64,000 nucleotides of DNA from an uncultured virus (IMG/VR IMGVR_UViG_3300034071_002198) (IMGVR_UViG_3300034071_002198:1-64000), one strand, 5' to 3'. Positions 49,843-59,395 are shown, counted from the stretch's first letter. Notes: generated by a model not told the origin, from the sequence alone. Numbers and translations are program-made.

Positions 49843-50877
49843 ATGTCATTTACAAGATTAGATCCTACAGATTTTGTGGTATCTGCCGACTCAGTAACGG
49901 CACCAGCATGGAGTAATAATGTAACTACTCTTACTAGTTTTTTTACAGCTTCTGCATCAACTACGGGTAGTTATTACGTTGATGTATATGATGGAAATAT
50001 AAGTTCTCCATCTGCATCAGTTCAATTCTCAGTAGCTTATGGACATTATGCTGGATCTGGATCTTTAGCTCTAAATAGTTTAGTGCTAGGAAAAAGCCCA
50101 ACTAGAATTACATTTGGCCAATTTAGAAATTTAATTTATGGAGATGCAGAAAGTGCTGTAAATTTTGGTACGGGAAATGTTGATTCAGATGATTTAATAG
50201 CTATTCAAATAGATAGAAATAGATATAAAGAGAGTTTATTCCCAGGTACTTTTAATTTAACTTTACTTAATGGTGCCAACGGTCCTATTAAATTAACTGA
50301 TAACTCAAATGATGTAAGTACTATAACATATTTAGACGGTGGAAGAGTTTATAATATAGTATCTGGTTCTAATGGAACGGCTAAAAATAGTCCAACTTTA
50401 TCTGGAGCAACTCAAGGAAATACTGTGTCAGGAAGTTATGGTTTATTTTTACCTGACATTGGATTAATTCTTTTAAACCCTAGAGCTTTATCTTTGGGCA
50501 CTGCTGCTGGTGGAATTGTTACTTCATTCAATACAACAGCAAATACAGTAGCTGCATCTAGTGCAAATAATAATTTAATCTATGCTATAATTAATTCTGG
50601 TTCTAATTTTCAACTTAATTCTCAAGAAACAATCTCTTCTGATTATGTATTTGTAAGATTTAAAAATGCTGACTATAACTATACTACTAATCCTTCATTT
50701 ATAACGGGTTCTGGTGAATTAATATATTCTAATTTCATTAATAGTCCTCAAACATATCCTACAACTGTTGGATTGTATAACGATAACAATGAATTATTAG
50801 CAGTAGCTAAAATGTCTAAACCTCTTACAAAAGACTTTACTAAAGAGGCTCTTATTAGAGTTAAATTAGATTGGTAG
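49843..50877 (+). CDS. Virion structural protein (TTVGLYND..ELLAVAK family)
   Basis: C-terminal motif typical of fibre-attachment/baseplate proteins. Confidence 0.7.
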   Translation: MSFTRLDPTDFVVSADSVTAPAWSNNVTTLTSFFTASASTTGSYYVDVYDGNISSPSASVQFSVAYGHYAGSGSLALNSLVLGKSPTRITFGQFRNLIYGDAESAVNFGTGNVDSDDLIAIQIDRNRYKESLFPGTFNLTLLNGANGPIKLTDNSNDVSTITYLDGGRVYNIVSGSNGTAKNSPTLSGATQGNTVSGSYGLFLPDIGLILLNPRALSLGTAAGGIVTSFNTTANTVAASSANNNLIYAIINSGSNFQLNSQETISSDYVFVRFKNADYNYTTNPSFITGSGELIYSNFINSPQTYPTTVGLYNDNNELLAVAKMSKPLTKDFTKEALIRVKLDW

Positions 50878-50900
50878 TAAAATACTACAATAGTTTATAA

Positions 50901-52946
50901 ATGGGAATGTCAAAAAATACTCTTGATAGATCAGATATTTCTACTTTTCCTATAAAGTTAAAATATTCTTCATCTTATGCAAGTTCATCTGCTGTAAGTT
51001 ATGGAATAACTTTAAATAGAGGAATTAATGGATCTTTTAATTCTGACGGAGAAGATTTTCTAGTATATAAATTAGCTAAACAACTATATTATAATTCTTA
51101 TTTAACTGGATCTTTAAATAATACTGCAAGTGCTTGGAATGACAATTTACAATCCACGGCAGCATCAGGTACTTTTGATAATGATTATAGATATTTTCCA
51201 ACTACATCGGGTGATGAAATAACAGTATTAGCAATACCTAGGACTGTTTTTGGTGAAAATATAAGTAGAAAAAGTTTTGTATTATCAGGAACTACTTATA
51301 ATTTAATTGATGACGGTAATGGAAATGTTATAGATGTAAATAATAATAACGTACATGTAGGAAATATATTATATGCTCAAGGAATAGTTATTATTACAAA
51401 TTTAGATTATGAGTATGCTCTAATACAAACAACGACAACGACAACTACTACTAGTACTACATCAACTACTACTACTGCGGCACCTACAACCACTACTACT
51501 AGTACAACAACTAGTACAACTACGGCTGCGCCGACTACTACTACTAGTACAACAACTAGTACAACTACGGCTGCGCCGACTACTACTACTAGTACAACAA
51601 CTAGTACAACTACGGCAGAGCCGACTACTACTACTAGTACAACAACTAGTACAACTACGGCAGAGCCGACTACTACTACTAGTACAACAACTAGTACAAC
51701 AACAGAAACTCCAACAACTACCACAACTACTAGTACAACCACTAGTACAACAACTGTTGCATCTACAAACCATTTTAGAAGTGTAACTCCTCAAAGTAGT
51801 GCTGCTAACGCTTGTCTACAAAGTACACCGAATGATATCTATACTTCTGTAGCAACATCTACTATGGCAAACAGTATTGTATTCTATTCAGATGCTAATT
51901 TAAACACTGTTTTTAATGGTGCAAGCCAATGGTTCAAAATATTATGGAAAGGATCTGTAGGATTTGATGATATTTATGCAGTACAAATTAATTCGTCAGG
52001 TGTAGTGTTAAATTGGGAATACTGCCCAACAACTACCACAACAACTAGTACAACAACAGGAGTTCCTACAACCACTACAACTAGTACAACGACTAGTACA
52101 ACAACAGAAGTTCCTACAACCACTACAACTAGTACAACGACTAGTACAACTACAGCAGCTTGTTATGAATATGTAGCAACGGCAGGCCAAACAGATATAG
52201 ATAATTCAGATAATGGAACTGTTTATTTTAACTATACAGATTGTGATGGAAATCCTCAAACTCTTAGCAGAGGAACAACTACTCCAAGCAATCCAGTTTG
52301 TGCTATAAATGTAGGAAGTGTTTATATATTAATAGGAGGAAATCAATCCGCAGCTGGAAGCAGTTCATGGAGTACACCTGGAACACAGTGTAATGGAGCT
52401 CCAACGACCACAACTACTAGCACTACAACAGAAGCTCCGACAACAACTACTACTAGCACGACTACTAGTACTACAACTGTAGTACCTACTACAACAACGA
52501 CTAGTACAACTACATCAACAACAACAGAAACTCCAACAACAACTACTACTAGTACAACAACTAGTACTACAACTGCAGAACCAACTACAACTACAACGAC
52601 AACTAGTACAACTACATCAACAACTACAGCAGAGCCTACTACAACCACAACAAGTACAACTACAACAACTACAACTATAGCTTGTTATGAATATATAGCT
52701 ACAGCAGATCAAACAGATATAGATAATTCTGATAACGGAACTGTTTATTTTGAGTATGTTGATTGTGATGGAGTAACCCAAACACTAACTAGAGGAACAA
52801 CAACTCCAAGTGATCCGGTATGTGCAAGAAGCGTAGGATCAGTTTATATATTAATAGGAGGAAATGCATCAGCTGCAGGTGGTAGTTCTTGGAGCGTACC
52901 TGGTACACAATGTAATCCTGGTGGCGGTGGTGGAGGTGGAGCGTAA
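50901..52946 (+). CDS. Mucin-like virion protein: structural N-domain + three Thr/Ser/Pro tracts + Cys-containing domains
   Basis: aa ~1-175 resemble the 49843 protein; TTTSTTTSTTT(A/E)(A/E)P repeats; duplicated CYEY...DCDG...VC...QCN domain. Confidence 0.8.
   Translation: MGMSKNTLDRSDISTFPIKLKYSSSYASSSAVSYGITLNRGINGSFNSDGEDFLVYKLAKQLYYNSYLTGSLNNTASAWNDNLQSTAASGTFDNDYRYFPTTSGDEITVLAIPRTVFGENISRKSFVLSGTTYNLIDDGNGNVIDVNNNNVHVGNILYAQGIVIITNLDYEYALIQTTTTTTTTSTTSTTTTAAPTTTTTSTTTSTTTAAPTTTTSTTTSTTTAAPTTTTSTTTSTTTAEPTTTTSTTTSTTTAEPTTTTSTTTSTTTETPTTTTTTSTTTSTTTVASTNHFRSVTPQSSAANACLQSTPNDIYTSVATSTMANSIVFYSDANLNTVFNGASQWFKILWKGSVGFDDIYAVQINSSGVVLNWEYCPTTTTTTSTTTGVPTTTTTSTTTSTTTEVPTTTTTSTTTSTTTAACYEYVATAGQTDIDNSDNGTVYFNYTDCDGNPQTLSRGTTTPSNPVCAINVGSVYILIGGNQSAAGSSSWSTPGTQCNGAPTTTTTSTTTEAPTTTTTSTTTSTTTVVPTTTTTSTTTSTTTETPTTTTTSTTTSTTTAEPTTTTTTTSTTTSTTTAEPTTTTTSTTTTTTTIACYEYIATADQTDIDNSDNGTVYFEYVDCDGVTQTLTRGTTTPSDPVCARSVGSVYILIGGNASAAGGSSWSVPGTQCNPGGGGGGGA
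51429..52680 (+). repeat. Thr-rich tandem repeats, including near-identical 42-bp units at ~51490-51700
   Basis: actactactagtacaacaactagtacaactacggc(tgc/aga)gccg repeated. Confidence 0.9.
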
Positions 52947-52957
52947 CAACTTTCACA

Positions 52958-52965
52958 ATATTTAT
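52958..52965 (+). promoter_or_regulatory. Putative late promoter ATATTTAT driving the glycosyltransferase cassette
   Basis: Same motif as before structural genes. Confidence 0.65.
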
Positions 52966-52986
52966 TAATATAAATTAAAAATTGTT

Positions 52987-53943
52987 ATGAAAAATTTACG
53001 TTATATTTGTGCTCAACCTAGATTGGTTTATTATGCTTGGCAAGTAGAAGTTATGATTAATAATTTCATTAAGAATGGAATTAATCCTAATAATATAGAT
53101 ATTCTTGTAGCTTGGAATCCTAATGATGATACAAGTAAGCCAGAGACTATTGAGATGTGGAATAAACTTACAGCTCATTATAATACTGTCAGATTCTTTT
53201 TTTATGAAGATACTAGGAAAAAGCCTATACACTACATTTCATCCATTAGGCCAAACATACTGAAGCAACACTTTAAAGCTCACCCTGAATTAAAAGACGA
53301 GGCAATATTTTATCATGATTGTGATATTTTATTTACTAAGCCTGTTGATTGGACTAATCTATTAAATGATGATATTTGGTATTTAAGTGATACCAATAGT
53401 TATATAAACTCCTCGTACATACTTTCTAAGGGTGAGGATGTTTACAACAAGATGTGTGAGATTGTTGGTATAGATTCAATAGTACCAAAACTAATGAACT
53501 CTAATTCAGGTGGTGCACAGTACATACTAAAAAATGTAGGTTGGGAATATTGGACAAAAGTAGAACAAGATTCTGAAAACTTATTTTACCAAATAAATCA
53601 ACTAAATCATAAGAAGAAAGAAGAAGATCCATCTCATCATGAACTTCAAATATGGTGTGCAGATATGTGGGCCGTGTTGTGGAACGGGTGGCTTTGGGGT
53701 AATGAAACAAAGGTAATTAAAGAAATGGATTTTAGTTGGGCAACAGATTCAGAAGAACGATTTAATGAAACAAATATATTTCATAATGCAGGAGTAACTT
53801 GTTCTTGTGGAGGAAAGTTTTATAAAGCTAACTATAGAGATTCACTTCCTTATAATTTAGATCTTAGAATAAAAGAAGGAATGGCAAGTTATAAATACTA
53901 TCAAGAAATTCAAGAAGTAGAAAAAAAATCTTCTTTATTGTGA
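52987..53943 (+). CDS. GT-A fold glycosyltransferase resembling peptide O-glycosyltransferases (GT95 HPAT / GT96 SGT1-like)
   Basis: YYAWQVEVM, YISSIRP, YHDCDILF (DxD), GGAQY, WCADMWA, FHNAG. Confidence 0.65.
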   Translation: MKNLRYICAQPRLVYYAWQVEVMINNFIKNGINPNNIDILVAWNPNDDTSKPETIEMWNKLTAHYNTVRFFFYEDTRKKPIHYISSIRPNILKQHFKAHPELKDEAIFYHDCDILFTKPVDWTNLLNDDIWYLSDTNSYINSSYILSKGEDVYNKMCEIVGIDSIVPKLMNSNSGGAQYILKNVGWEYWTKVEQDSENLFYQINQLNHKKKEEDPSHHELQIWCADMWAVLWNGWLWGNETKVIKEMDFSWATDSEERFNETNIFHNAGVTCSCGGKFYKANYRDSLPYNLDLRIKEGMASYKYYQEIQEVEKKSSLL

Positions 53944-53954
53944 TTAAATAAATT

Positions 53955-54530
53955 ATGAAAATAGAATTTATAATATCAACTCATGGTAGAGTTAATAACT
54001 TAAATATGTCTTTAGGTTGTTTACAAAGTCAAACAAATAAAAATTGGGTAGCTAATATTATAGTTGACGGAATTAAAGATCCATACATTGAGTGTGAAAA
54101 ATATTTTTCAAATGATGATAGAATAATATTTAATTATTTGGAAAAAAATTATAATGACTTTGGGAATACTCCAAAAAATATAGGATTGCAATCAGCAAAA
54201 GAAGAATTAGTTATTATGACTAGCGATGATAATTATTACGTTGCATCTTTTGTTCAAGAAGTATTAAATAATTATTCGGAAAATATTAATTTTATTTATT
54301 GTGATATGATACATAATGGATATGATTATAAATTTTTTGAAACGTACCACTCATCTCATAGAATAGATATTGGTATAATGATTATGAAAACAAAATTTGC
54401 TAAACAATTAAAATTAACAGAAAACAGAATAGACTCAGATGGAATTTTTTGTCATGAATATACTTCTAAATTTTGTCAAAATGAAGGGTCAATTAAAAAA
54501 ATAAATAAAATTTTATATGCTCATAATTAA
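53955..54530 (+). CDS. Glycosyltransferase family 2-like
   Basis: IISTHGR..L...L..LQSQT..NW..IIVDG, KNIGLQSAKEELVIMTSDDNY. Confidence 0.8.
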   Translation: MKIEFIISTHGRVNNLNMSLGCLQSQTNKNWVANIIVDGIKDPYIECEKYFSNDDRIIFNYLEKNYNDFGNTPKNIGLQSAKEELVIMTSDDNYYVASFVQEVLNNYSENINFIYCDMIHNGYDYKFFETYHSSHRIDIGIMIMKTKFAKQLKLTENRIDSDGIFCHEYTSKFCQNEGSIKKINKILYAHN

Positions 54531-55392
54531 AGCTCTATACGGAAATAAAGATTGCACTCAACAAATTAAGTCTAAAATTGTAAATGATAAATTAATAGTT
54601 AGATCATGTAACGATATTATAGGTGATACACTTCCTGGAGTTATAAAATATCTTGAAGTAGATATAGAGCATAAAAATAAAATTTATAATGAAAAAATTA
54701 AAGAGGGAGAGTTATTAGTTTTTCCTAAATCAAAAAATAATAAATTAGGAATTTTTTATTCTAATAATCATGTCTCTCAAACTTATCCTACTATAAAAAA
54801 ATCTTTAGATACAATAAAAATAGCATCAGAAGGAAAAGCAGATATTTTAACTTGTATGTGGAATCACGAACCTGATAATCCATTTCCTGAATTTATTTCT
54901 TGGGTAAAGATATCTAGCCACCTAAATCAATTGCTTCAAATAATGCATTTATTATATCAAGCAAGAGAGATTAATAATTATAATTATGTTTCTTTTCTAG
55001 AACATGATGTTCTTTATCCAGAAGGATATTTTGATTATCCAGAAATAAATGATGGAGAAGTTTTAACTAATATGAATTATATGGGGATTTGCAGAAGCGG
55101 TTGGCAAAGTTTAGGGCAGTTAGATCAACCATTTCATCAAATGACTATGAAATTTTCAGAAGCAATAAAACATTGTGAATCTATATTGTCTAATGCGTTA
55201 ATAAGAAATTCAGGTCTTATAGAACCTCAAAATATTATCAGAAAAACTTGGAATTGTATTAATCCCTCTGTCCATGTTAATCATGGATATCATTTTACTT
55301 CTCACTTTAATGTGTACAGAAAAGATGATATTTTTCACGAACATTCATATTGGGGAATTTTTGAAAACTATAAGTATTTATTTGAGTTTTAA
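54517..55392 (+). CDS. Small beta domain (DUF3395/SUEL-like) fused to glycosyltransferase-like domain
   Basis: IIKALYG..DCT...GD.LPG..KYLEV; VSFLEHDVLYP DxD-like motif. Confidence 0.5.
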   Translation: MLIIKALYGNKDCTQQIKSKIVNDKLIVRSCNDIIGDTLPGVIKYLEVDIEHKNKIYNEKIKEGELLVFPKSKNNKLGIFYSNNHVSQTYPTIKKSLDTIKIASEGKADILTCMWNHEPDNPFPEFISWVKISSHLNQLLQIMHLLYQAREINNYNYVSFLEHDVLYPEGYFDYPEINDGEVLTNMNYMGICRSGWQSLGQLDQPFHQMTMKFSEAIKHCESILSNALIRNSGLIEPQNIIRKTWNCINPSVHVNHGYHFTSHFNVYRKDDIFHEHSYWGIFENYKYLFEF

Positions 55393-55403
55393 TATTTATA
55401 AGT

Positions 55404-55703
55404 ATGCCATCTTATTCTGCATATACACTTAATTTAGTAGCCGAGACAACTGTATACCAAAACGAAGTTAGGTGTAGGGTGAAGGAAAATGATTTTAACT
55501 ATACGTTAAATCCGAGTGCAAATAAAGCAGGAACCTCAGGTTCTTATATAGATGCAGTAACAGGTTCAGACTTTCATCCTTATACAACCACAGTAGGATT
55601 ATATAATGATAAAGATGAGTTATTAGTAGTTGGAAAATTATCTAGGCCATATCCAATTCCACCTAATACAGATATGACTTTTATTATAAGGTGGGATAGT
55701 TAA
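55404..55703 (+). CDS. C-terminal half of a split structural protein (paralog of 49843..50877 C-terminus)
   Basis: ENDFNYTLNPS...YTTTVGLYNDKDELLVVGKLSRP; own late motif at 55392-55399. Confidence 0.75.
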   Translation: MPSYSAYTLNLVAETTVYQNEVRCRVKENDFNYTLNPSANKAGTSGSYIDAVTGSDFHPYTTTVGLYNDKDELLVVGKLSRPYPIPPNTDMTFIIRWDS

Positions 55704-55713
55704 AAAATAAAGT

Positions 55714-56169
55714 ATGAATAAATGGTTATATTTTGATCCTCTAGGAGTTACTAGAGAGTTTAATTCAATAGAAGACTTTCCACCCAATACTGTTGGCTTT
55801 ATATATAAGATTGTCAATCTAGTCAATGGCAAATTCTATATAGGTAGAAAGGTCCTTTTCAATAATACCAATAAAGTATTAACCAAGAAGGAGATCGCGG
55901 AATGGGACAAACCTGGGCGCGTCCCACGCAAGAAGAAGATCATTAAAGAATCTGATTGGTTATCATACCATGGAAGTAATAAGCTTCTTAATCAAGAAAG
56001 AAAAGAAATAGGGGATGATATGTTTACTAGAGAGATCTTACAATTATGTTACTCTAAAAAACAATTGACTTATTATGAAGTATGGTGGCAAATGCATTAC
56101 AAAGTTCTTCATATAGATTCATATAACGATAATATCCAAGGTAGGTTCTATAGAAAGGATGTAGAATAA
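55714..56169 (+). CDS. GIY-YIG family nuclease
   Basis: GFIYKIVN...FYIGRK, ESDW..YHGS, FTREIL, YNDNI. Confidence 0.8.
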   Translation: MNKWLYFDPLGVTREFNSIEDFPPNTVGFIYKIVNLVNGKFYIGRKVLFNNTNKVLTKKEIAEWDKPGRVPRKKKIIKESDWLSYHGSNKLLNQERKEIGDDMFTREILQLCYSKKQLTYYEVWWQMHYKVLHIDSYNDNIQGRFYRKDVE

Positions 56170-56197
56170 AAAAAGCCCTGGCACTTGCCGAGGGCTA
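56168..56197 (-). terminator. Rho-independent terminator at the convergence of the + and - blocks
   Basis: Minus strand AGCCCTCGGCA-AG-TGCCAGGGCT followed by a T run. Confidence 0.8.
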
Positions 56198-56217
56198 TAT
56201 GTATGGGCTTGCAAAGG

Positions 56218-56457
56218 TTAATTCCAATCAATTATCTTATGTAAGGTATCTTTATCTATATTTGCTTTTAAAGCTTTGATAACAGCTTGTTCAAATTCAA
56301 CTCTAGGATATCCTGTATTATCTTCATCTGGGCCAATCTTATCTCCTGTAAGACCTGCTGCATCCAACTGATCATTGTCCATATAATCAAATTCTCTTGG
56401 ACTAATTTCTTTTAGAAGAGGATTGTTTGCTGTAAATTGCTTAAAGTTGAATGCCAT
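56218..56457 (-). CDS. Hypothetical protein (MAFNFKQF...LLKE leader)
   Basis: ORF. Confidence 0.7.
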   Translation of the reverse strand: MAFNFKQFTANNPLLKEISPREFDYMDNDQLDAAGLTGDKIGPDEDNTGYPRVEFEQAVIKALKANIDKDTLHKIIDWN

Positions 56458-56470
56458 ATTATTTTTTTAA

Positions 56471-58102
56471 TTAGTCTATATTTCTGTAACTAGGATCAGA
56501 AAAAGGATTTTTATTAGATTTAGGAGATATATCTTTAATTCTTCTATCAGAAGTTGATAAATATCCTTCAGGGCTTATTGTAACAGGTATGATATCTTCT
56601 TCACGATCAGCACCAGGAACAATTCCAGGTTTTAATCCTCTAAGAACACTATTATCTCTATCTAATGTATAAGTCATTGTATTAGTACCGAAATCAACAG
56701 TATATTCTTCTGAGCCTTCCATTTGAACACCAGCATCATATCCAGCAATTTCTTCATTTTGAGAAAAGTCAGTAGCAAAGAAGTCAACTATGTCTTGAAA
56801 TTCAAAACCATCATCAACAAGAGCCTCTATACTATCCTTAACTAGCGGATGTCTTGCAAGAACGGTAAATATTGTTCTATCTGCGTATCCTTGTTCTCTA
56901 GCACCATCAATAACAGACTTTACTTGGCCAAGACGTGGTTGTATACTTTGATCAATAAGTCCCATCATGCGATCAAACTTACCTTGCTCATCTGGCATTA
57001 ATGAAGGAAATGGATTTACAGAATCATCATAATCCATACTGTCTACTTCTTCTACGCTGTCTTCTTTAACAGATTTGTTTTTTACTATATCAAAGAATAA
57101 TACGTTCTTAGAATCAGTATCAAAATCATCATCTTTAGTAACACTTTGAGGATCTATTTGCCAACCAGGGAATTTTGTCTGAAGTAAATTTTTAATATCA
57201 GTAAAAGCAGCTTTACTTACTTTACTTTCAATAGAAATTGCAATTCCACCGTCCCCAACAATTTTATTGCCTATCCTTGCTACAGTTGGTGCAATTCTTA
57301 CATTCTCATATTCCTCTTGATCAGGTCTAGCTTTTTTATATCCGTATTTTTTTTGAATAGCAAATAGTTTTGACATTAAACTATCTTTATCGCCTTTATC
57401 TGCTTCTTCTACAGGACTGTCTTGTACAAATTCATCACCAAAGCCATCCACCTTACTTTCTGGGCCTTCATATGGAATTTCTGTATCCAAATACATTTCC
57501 TCTTCTTCTCCTAGTTGGTTGTATTCATCTAATCCAGGAGGATTAACAGTCCAAGAAGTCAAATAATTAAATGGACCCGGATTTAAAATTCTCTTTTTTT
57601 CTACTTTTACCATTTTAGCATAAGCATCTTTAACTTCTTCTGGTGAAATACCAGTTAATTTAAACTCTATCTCTTCAAATTCATCTTTTATTACTTTAGC
57701 GTTGCCTCTGAGACTTTTTACAAATTTTATAAATGTTTTAACGGCAAATCTTTGATCACCATCACTAATACTTGGATAATCGTAATAAGATAAGGTTATG
57801 GTTTCAGAATTTTTGCCTGAGTTCATCTTTTTTTCTTTAAGCTCTTCTATATCCTTAGTGTAAACTTTATATACTTTTCCTATTTTCACTACTTTTACAT
57901 CTTTATTAGGATTGCCTGTCTTTTCCACTTTAGCAAAACGATCTGCTAATTCTTTGTTCTCCGTAGCTCCAAAGTCTGCTTGTTCCCAGCCTTCTAGATC
58001 TTCTACTTCTTTTAAAGCATGAAGGTCTACATAGCCACCAAGAATAGCATGAGGACCAAGGTGGTTCTCTTTTAAATACTTTGCAATGTTAAAATCTTTC
58101 AT
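56471..58102 (-). CDS. Acidic multi-module hypothetical protein (MKDFNIAKYLKEN leader)
   Basis: Late motif at 58122-58129; probable internal head protein. Confidence 0.75.
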   Translation of the reverse strand: MKDFNIAKYLKENHLGPHAILGGYVDLHALKEVEDLEGWEQADFGATENKELADRFAKVEKTGNPNKDVKVVKIGKVYKVYTKDIEELKEKKMNSGKNSETITLSYYDYPSISDGDQRFAVKTFIKFVKSLRGNAKVIKDEFEEIEFKLTGISPEEVKDAYAKMVKVEKKRILNPGPFNYLTSWTVNPPGLDEYNQLGEEEEMYLDTEIPYEGPESKVDGFGDEFVQDSPVEEADKGDKDSLMSKLFAIQKKYGYKKARPDQEEYENVRIAPTVARIGNKIVGDGGIAISIESKVSKAAFTDIKNLLQTKFPGWQIDPQSVTKDDDFDTDSKNVLFFDIVKNKSVKEDSVEEVDSMDYDDSVNPFPSLMPDEQGKFDRMMGLIDQSIQPRLGQVKSVIDGAREQGYADRTIFTVLARHPLVKDSIEALVDDGFEFQDIVDFFATDFSQNEEIAGYDAGVQMEGSEEYTVDFGTNTMTYTLDRDNSVLRGLKPGIVPGADREEDIIPVTISPEGYLSTSDRRIKDISPKSNKNPFSDPSYRNID

Positions 58103-58133
58103 TATAATAATTTTACTACTAATAAATATTGAA

Positions 58134-58418
58134 TTACTTATTAAATATGCTTTTGATTATACCATATAGTAAAACAAAGGGTGCGGCCACAATACTTGCC
58201 ACTCCTAGGCCTATAAGACCTAGAAAGAAGATCAAGATCATTAGTCCTAGACAAAACCCAACTACTGTTAATCCTGCTTCAAAGTTAAGTGGCATCATCA
58301 ATAATCCTATAGATGCAAATGAGAATAGTAACAGCCACAAAGTCATTAAGCTCCACTTGAGTTTCCAATATATGAAAGCAACAATAAAGCAGGCTAGTAT
58401 AAATAATAGATAAGTCAT
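58134..58418 (-). CDS. Small multi-pass membrane protein
   Basis: Almost wholly hydrophobic. Confidence 0.7.
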   Translation of the reverse strand: MTYLLFILACFIVAFIYWKLKWSLMTLWLLLFSFASIGLLMMPLNFEAGLTVVGFCLGLMILIFFLGLIGLGVASIVAAPFVLLYGIIKSIFNK

Positions 58419-58467
58419 AGTCGTTCGGTTTTTCGCATAGGGGCCCTAAAATATAGTATTTACAAAT

Positions 58468-58977
58468 TTACTCTAAAGTATCACCAAAGTCACCAGAACT
58501 AATAGTCAACTTCTCTCCGAGCTCCTTTATCACATCTATAGCAGTTTGAGAATCAATCTCGAACCCTTCACGTTTAGGATTAACTCTATATCCTTGATCT
58601 TCTAGATGTTGATGAACAGCCTGTTCTAAAATTAGGCTATTAATACATTTGTACTTGAAGACCGAGAACCATGGAGTTATCACACCTGTTGCGTAGTTAA
58701 TCTCCTTTACCCTCTGTCCTACACTAGTAGTAGTCATTCCAATCTTACATATACCAGGCATAGACTTATTTACCAAAACGTATACCCATTCAGGTTTTCT
58801 GATACTTAGGGTAGGATCAAGTATTCCTTCACCATAATATGTAACGTCTTCCCAACCTTCATATTCAGATTCTTTACTTGGGGTTAAAGTGAAGGCAACT
58901 GCTTTCCTACAACGGTAAGGATCAGAGTCTTCTAACTTAATGTAAAAGTGAGTCAAATCTGGAGATATTCGTTTCAT
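58468..58977 (-). CDS. T5orf172-domain (GIY-YIG superfamily) protein
   Basis: WVYVLVN..MPG..KIGMT....QRVKEI...TGV..P...LEQAVH..L...RVNPKRE.F. Confidence 0.85.
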   Translation of the reverse strand: MKRISPDLTHFYIKLEDSDPYRCRKAVAFTLTPSKESEYEGWEDVTYYGEGILDPTLSIRKPEWVYVLVNKSMPGICKIGMTTTSVGQRVKEINYATGVITPWFSVFKYKCINSLILEQAVHQHLEDQGYRVNPKREGFEIDSQTAIDVIKELGEKLTISSGDFGDTLE

Positions 58978-59026
58978 CCGATTTATATATTTACAATTTT
59001 TGGTGAATGGGAATTTTTCCCGGAGT

Positions 59027-59191
59027 TTAGAATTTCAATTCCATTTTTTTGATAGTAAAAGTGACACACCATTTCAAGAACGAAATGTCCAAGAACATAT
59101 ATTCTAATTTACTATCTACATATTCATAACAGATGGATATGGTAGGAATGAAATAGATTGTATTGTAATTGCTGTTAAAACTAAAATTCAT
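59027..59191 (-). CDS. Small hypothetical protein (54 aa, MNFSFNS...), not in ORF track
   Basis: Hand-translated; fills operon gap. Confidence 0.55.
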   Translation of the reverse strand: MNFSFNSNYNTIYFIPTISICYEYVDSKLEYMFLDISFLKWCVTFTIKKMELKF

Positions 59192-59193
59192 AT

Positions 59194-59385
59194 TTATTTA
59201 TTTTCAAGTTCTTTGATCTTGTTTGTTTTTAACCAACAGGTTATAATCCATAGGATAGCAACAACCTGCCAACCATAATCACTACCTTCCTTTAGATTGA
59301 CTGTCATAACCGATGCTGATGCAATTAGGGCAAGAGCCATTAAGATCTTTTCCCATACTTCGAAATGTTGTTTCAATTTATCCAT
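59194..59385 (-). CDS. Small two-TM membrane protein
   Basis: Two hydrophobic segments. Confidence 0.65.
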   Translation of the reverse strand: MDKLKQHFEVWEKILMALALIASASVMTVNLKEGSDYGWQVVAILWIITCWLKTNKIKELENK

Positions 59386-59395
59386 GTTTCTATAT

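Noticed and set aside
51407..52648. Poly-Val and Cys/Ser ORFs on the minus strand
   Set aside because: Antisense shadows of the Thr-rich repeats
55714..56169. Mobile homing endonuclease responsible for the cassette insertion
   Set aside because: Short GIY-YIG protein without DNA-binding repeats, located outside the split gene; no evidence of mobility
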